From Phycisphaerales bacterium (GTDB taxonomy: Bacteria > Planctomycetota > Phycisphaerae > WQYP01), in assembly GCA_027451365.1 (NCBI GenBank), contig DAIDJN010000005.1:1-64000 (forward strand): DNA of 64,000 nucleotides, read 5' to 3'. Shown piece after piece: positions 59,599-64,000 of this stretch. Numbering within the stretch: the stretch's first letter is position 1; every line of letters begins with the position of its first letter. A model generated the notes under the pieces. It searched no databases. It saw only the letters and a list, made by a program, of their open reading frames with translations, and was not told the origin of the DNA. The position numbers were made by a program, and so were the translations under genes.

Positions 59599-62001
59599 TT
59601 AGTGCAATAGAATGCGACGTTTGTGCAATAAAAAGATGACTGTGCGTCGTGGCGAAAGTTTTAATATCTGGTCCAGTTTTATTAGTTTCCCAGAAATCAG
59701 ATCACGCGAATCCTGGCGGTCTCCCTTAAGCGGGGTGAAGGTCCATTCATGATGGCGCGAACAATTCATGCCAATAATCCATGGACCGTACCGCAAGACG
59801 TACAATCCAGCCCGCCCCAGGTAAGGACCATAGTGGCCGCGCCGGAACATACCATAATGCCCCGCGGTTTTAATATAACCGCGAGGCAGAACCGGGATGG
59901 GCATTTTTCCGCCAGCGTATGCTTCATGAATTCCGCTGTTAGGCGGAATAAAACCATGAAACTGCAATTGATCGATATCATCCGGGCGGATATACACCTG
60001 ACCGCTGGGCGTAAATTTGACCTGTTCATGGCAGCGCACCAGCCGATCCACCGTGGGGGTGGTGAAGTGAATTCGAGCCAATGCATTGATGCCCGCATAC
60101 GCACGATAATACAGCGACGCGTAAAGTCGCAGATGGCCCTGCTTCACGGCCACCACTCCATCCTGCGGATCGGCCCAGGCAACATTCTTCTGTCCCGGAG
60201 TCATGGGCAGACGCACGCCTGTGGCCGGCAATTTGATAACCGCCGCATACTGCTGCGGAATCTGCAGAAGAGATTTTATTATTGAACTGCTCGACGAATT
60301 CAGCAGCGGAACAATGGATTGAAAAAACTGATTGTCTCGCAGGCACTGCTGGGCATAGCCAACAATCGCACGTGATTTGATATTCGGCAACGCGGCACAT
60401 TCAAGTGAAAAACCCTGAATGTTGCGGTCTCCATAACAGACTTCTTCAGGATAAAGGTTGTGCCGCCAACCGATCACCCCCTCCAGTCGCATAGCGCGAT
60501 AGCCGCTATGGTCGGTACCCGGCTGCATGAAAAAGCCGCGAGCCTTGATCATTTTAATCAGTTGTGCGTTAATTTTTGGATTGCCGCCGGTGGCTTCAGA
60601 CATCTGCCACAGAAAATGCGTGATGGTTTCCCCATAGCTGGCCACATAGCCAAGCTCGCGCGAAAGACCAGCCTTGGTCACCAGATAATAATGATGTCCG
60701 AAAGGCCATTGCCAACCGTGAGCAAGCTTGTTTCCACGAAATGGGACCAGACCAATCGCTTCATACAGGTACCACAACGCTTTTTTTTCCGGCATGGCCA
60801 GGGATGGCTCCAGAATTTCCAGGCCGCGATTGGCTGTGTATATATTGTAATTCACGATCATGACCTGATTGGTATAAAACCGCTGATGGGTCTGTTCGTA
60901 GGCAATTGTCCGGGTTAGAAGCTTTGCCCAGGCCATGCGCCGAAGCACTCGTTTGCCGTCCACCAGCGTAATCGATTTATTCAGATACGGCACCAACGGC
61001 TTGTGAACCAGCATAATGGCCCGCCCGATCGGCCCGTAAAGCCGCCAGGAAATGTTGGCTTCGCTATGCTGCCCCTTTCCACATGCCAGAGCGTCAATAT
61101 CCCGGACAATTCTTGCGATAACGGCTGGGCGGTTATAAGCCGCGCACCACGGAATCGTATAGGCTCGGGCCAGCATTTCCAGCCGCTGAGGTCCATCAGG
61201 CGAATTTCCAAGAAGCATTTTCCGCAGCACGGAATTCACATGAAATTTCAGCTGCCGCAGAATTGCCCGGCCCGGGCCGGGCCGTCGAGGCGCTACCGGC
61301 CCGACACCGCGTGGGCTGTTGTCGGGCAGGGCAAAATAGGGCGACGCAGATATCCACGCCGCATATATTCCACGCGAAGGGCGCCGCAACTTATGCTGGT
61401 ATTGGGCGAAGGTGGCCGCATACATCCAGTCATAACCAATGGCTTGAACTGTCAGCCGGACGCTGGTTTTTCCACGGGTCAGTTTTTGAGGGAGCGGCTC
61501 GGTGACATAAAAAAAACGGCCGGGAAATGGTCGCGACGGTGTAAGACTTTCCGATCCGGCATTTTCCGCCCCACTGATCAGCCCATAATCGGACATGAAA
61601 CGGTATCCGACTTGCTGGCCGTTGCAATACAGCAACAGGCGGCCCAGGGCTTCGCCACGATCATTTCCCCAGTACCGCATGGTTATATAATTTCGAACGA
61701 TCGGGCTTACCCGCATCGTGAACGAAACCGTGCCGCCATAAATACTGGCCGGATGCAACGGCAGCAGCAGACGGGCCGTCTGGCCCAGGCCGCCGTTGAT
61801 AATAGCTGAATGCGCTGCCGCCAGATGATGGGCGGCCTCGCTTGTAAGAGTGCCAAAATAAATGGAATCAATTGGAGCGGAGGTTTGTGAGACGGGCCTC
61901 GCGTGCGCGGCGGCGTGGCCGCCGACGCGCCCCATAAAACACGTCCCTGCGAGCACCGCACAAATCAGACACCAGAAAGCAAGACGACAACTTACCCGCA
62001 T
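59599..62001 (-). CDS. Secreted 800-aa hypothetical protein, possibly glycan-active
   Basis: Signal peptide; motifs FYTNQ, GLSRELGYVASYGE, VIGWRH; upstream of the SSS transporter on the same strand. Confidence 0.7.
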   Translation of the reverse strand: MRVSCRLAFWCLICAVLAGTCFMGRVGGHAAAHARPVSQTSAPIDSIYFGTLTSEAAHHLAAAHSAIINGGLGQTARLLLPLHPASIYGGTVSFTMRVSPIVRNYITMRYWGNDRGEALGRLLLYCNGQQVGYRFMSDYGLISGAENAGSESLTPSRPFPGRFFYVTEPLPQKLTRGKTSVRLTVQAIGYDWMYAATFAQYQHKLRRPSRGIYAAWISASPYFALPDNSPRGVGPVAPRRPGPGRAILRQLKFHVNSVLRKMLLGNSPDGPQRLEMLARAYTIPWCAAYNRPAVIARIVRDIDALACGKGQHSEANISWRLYGPIGRAIMLVHKPLVPYLNKSITLVDGKRVLRRMAWAKLLTRTIAYEQTHQRFYTNQVMIVNYNIYTANRGLEILEPSLAMPEKKALWYLYEAIGLVPFRGNKLAHGWQWPFGHHYYLVTKAGLSRELGYVASYGETITHFLWQMSEATGGNPKINAQLIKMIKARGFFMQPGTDHSGYRAMRLEGVIGWRHNLYPEEVCYGDRNIQGFSLECAALPNIKSRAIVGYAQQCLRDNQFFQSIVPLLNSSSSSIIKSLLQIPQQYAAVIKLPATGVRLPMTPGQKNVAWADPQDGVVAVKQGHLRLYASLYYRAYAGINALARIHFTTPTVDRLVRCHEQVKFTPSGQVYIRPDDIDQLQFHGFIPPNSGIHEAYAGGKMPIPVLPRGYIKTAGHYGMFRRGHYGPYLGRAGLYVLRYGPWIIGMNCSRHHEWTFTPLKGDRQDSRDLISGKLIKLDQILKLSPRRTVIFLLHKRRILLH

Positions 62002-62300
62002 AGATCACTCCGAATAGTGTGTTATCTCTTTTAAGGCGGTACCAATCTTGTAAACGCGCGGTGCATTTTGCGATCCGTGCCGGCCTCCGCGTAAAACCGC
62101 CTATGGAGAATCTACCGCTTGACGCAGCCATTGACAATATCAGTTTGCGCTTTATTTTTATCAATTAGCGTCCGGCCCAAATGATCCCAAAATCGCGGGT
62201 TTGGTATTGGACGCCCGACCGAAGACGACATCAGCCGCTTGCGATAACAGCAGCGTTGCGATGTTCCCATAGGTAAGAACATGCGAAAGGCGGAAACATC

Positions 62301-64000
62301 ATGCAATGGTCGCTTGAAGCGGGAAAAATGCTTTTTCAATTCAATGGCCTGAAAGTTGAATTGAAGCTTACCGTACTGATAGCCGATCACTGGCACCAAT
62401 TGACATGGATTGCCACACCCAAAGGAGCCATGGCACAGGACCATGACACCAGCGTGAATATACATTTTTCCGCGGTCGATACACACTTCATGGATTACGA
62501 TTTGTCCTTTGAATCTGATGCGCCGCGACGGCTGCGGCTGGAACTTAGCCCGACTCCGACATGTCCAACTGCCGACTGCTTTCACCTGATTCCCGCATGC
62601 ATCTTTGGCGATAACAATCATGCCATGGTACATCCTAACGAATTCCCCACGCTGGCCCAGCCATCTGCGACCAATAAAGCGGCGGCGGAACTTTGGGAAT
62701 TCCGTGCCGACCGGGCATCGCATCCGGTCTCCATGGTATGTGCAAGCGCGGGCATTTTCGCCATTTCCATTGACCCATACAGCGCCGACGCACGTCAACC
62801 GGACGGCTTTATCCGCAATGGCGTGCTAAGTCGCCTGCCCGCCGGCTGTGGCGTCAGCCTTGGTTATGGCAATACGCCGTTCACATTTTTAGACAAGCGC
62901 AATTTCCAACCCCCCACGCAGCACCTCACCTGCGGTGCCTCAGCCAAAGGTACCATTTATATAATGCCCCGAGTCGGCCGGCAGGCGGTACATAAAATTA
63001 TTCGTCGGCTTTATTCGCAATACCATGACCGCCCCCGCCATCAGGCAACCCCGCGTCAGGGAATTGAGGCGCTGGCCCGCGCGTTTATTGACGTCAATTT
63101 CTCCGATGAATTCAACAATTACAGCAATCTCAAATGTCATGTACCCACAGACACAACGCTTCGATCATGGCGACCGCTGACTGAAATCGGCTGGACCGGC
63201 GGCAGCGTACTGGCCTATCCCCTGTTGCTGGCACAACATCTGTTTCCTGACCTGCGGTTTCCCAAACCGCCGGCACACATTCTGGATGATATTGTCAGCG
63301 TGTATCATCATCCCAGCGGCTTTTTTCGCGACGTTTACGGCCCCACACTTGTGGGAATGCCGCCGAATCAGCGGATTGTCAGCGGCGGCGTGAACGGGTG
63401 GTGGTCGGGCTTTATGCCCTCCACACAGGATCGACATTGCGCTTACACAAATGCCCACGCGGCGTACTATCTGCTGAAAGCAAGCCGCTTTGTGGAACGT
63501 ACCGGCGGACGGCCGCCCACGGCCTGGCTGGAAGCCGCGTGCAAGGTTCTAAGAACGGTGATGGCGCTTCAACGGGATGATGGAGCCTTCGGTTACACGT
63601 TCCACGTGGATCATCGCGCGGTGGACGACTGGAACGGGTTTGCCGGCTGCTGGTTTGTGCCGGCGCTGGTGCTTGCGGCAAATCTGACCGGCGAGACGAC
63701 TTTTCTTGCCGCCGCCCGTCGCGGACTGGCTTTTTACGCTCCGTTTGTCCGCGGACTCAACTGCTGGGGAACGCCCATGGACACATGGAAGAGCGTGGAT
63801 CAGGAAGGCGTGCTGGCATTTATAATCGGTGCCCGACTCCTGCATGAGCTTTACGGGGAAGACGATTGCCTGGAATTGCTCGCGATTGGCGCGGAATATG
63901 AATTTTTATGGCGCTATGGCTTTAAAGCCAGACCAGAATTGCCCCCGCTCAAAAATAGCCCCTGGAATTCCTGCGGTGGATCGGTTACATCTGTCTCCAA
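62301..64000 (+). CDS. Large hypothetical protein with likely (alpha/alpha)6 glycosidase-like C-terminal part (partial; not in ORF track)
   Basis: Frame from ATG 62301 (MQWSLEAGK...) appears open to the window end: FHLIPACIFGDNN, WEFRADR, EIGWTGG, LQRDDGAFGY, CWGTPMDTWKSVDQEG, SCGGSVTSVS. Confidence 0.75.
   Translation, partial: MQWSLEAGKMLFQFNGLKVELKLTVLIADHWHQLTWIATPKGAMAQDHDTSVNIHFSAVDTHFMDYDLSFESDAPRRLRLELSPTPTCPTADCFHLIPACIFGDNNHAMVHPNEFPTLAQPSATNKAAAELWEFRADRASHPVSMVCASAGIFAISIDPYSADARQPDGFIRNGVLSRLPAGCGVSLGYGNTPFTFLDKRNFQPPTQHLTCGASAKGTIYIMPRVGRQAVHKIIRRLYSQYHDRPRHQATPRQGIEALARAFIDVNFSDEFNNYSNLKCHVPTDTTLRSWRPLTEIGWTGGSVLAYPLLLAQHLFPDLRFPKPPAHILDDIVSVYHHPSGFFRDVYGPTLVGMPPNQRIVSGGVNGWWSGFMPSTQDRHCAYTNAHAAYYLLKASRFVERTGGRPPTAWLEAACKVLRTVMALQRDDGAFGYTFHVDHRAVDDWNGFAGCWFVPALVLAANLTGETTFLAAARRGLAFYAPFVRGLNCWGTPMDTWKSVDQEGVLAFIIGARLLHELYGEDDCLELLAIGAEYEFLWRYGFKARPELPPLKNSPWNSCGGSVTSVS

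Noticed and set aside
1..64000. tRNA, rRNA or tmRNA genes
   Set aside because: No convincing cloverleaf or rRNA signature seen by eye; a tRNAscan-SE or Infernal run would be needed to exclude them.

Overview
GC-rich bacterial window, most likely a planctomycete of class Phycisphaerae (inferred from PEP-CTERM proteins, a DUF4159 protein, a DUF1559-like pilin-type protein and an Hc1-like small protein). The first ~11 kb is a metal(loid) accessory region with two IS insertions. It holds a BufA2-like Cys-rich secreted precursor with its DUF692/MNIO maturase, which is cut at its 3' end by an ISKra4/ISLre2-like element. Divergent from it lies a five-gene organo-arsenic operon: Pho84-like MFS, ArsM, radical-SAM ArsS, a TVP38/DedA-DUF547 fusion and a MerA-like flavoprotein lacking the C-terminal Cys pair. 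A complete IS630 sits in a CTAG site inside a small membrane-protein gene. The middle is mostly housekeeping (YihY, YqgE, topA, RidA, priA, rnd, asnB, fabZ, trxB, folD, aroF). Interspersed are glycan and surface genes: GH74, GH3, an SSS transporter with two unknown large proteins, an ArnT-like transferase and two PEP-CTERM proteins, one of 1855 aa with eight ~160-aa Gly-rich repeats. Other items of note are a KamA-like radical SAM whose lysine-binding residues appear replaced, a degenerate UvrC/Cho-like protein, a candidate 6S-like RNA and ORFs the supplied track missed or mis-started. All calls come from reading motifs by eye; no searches were run.
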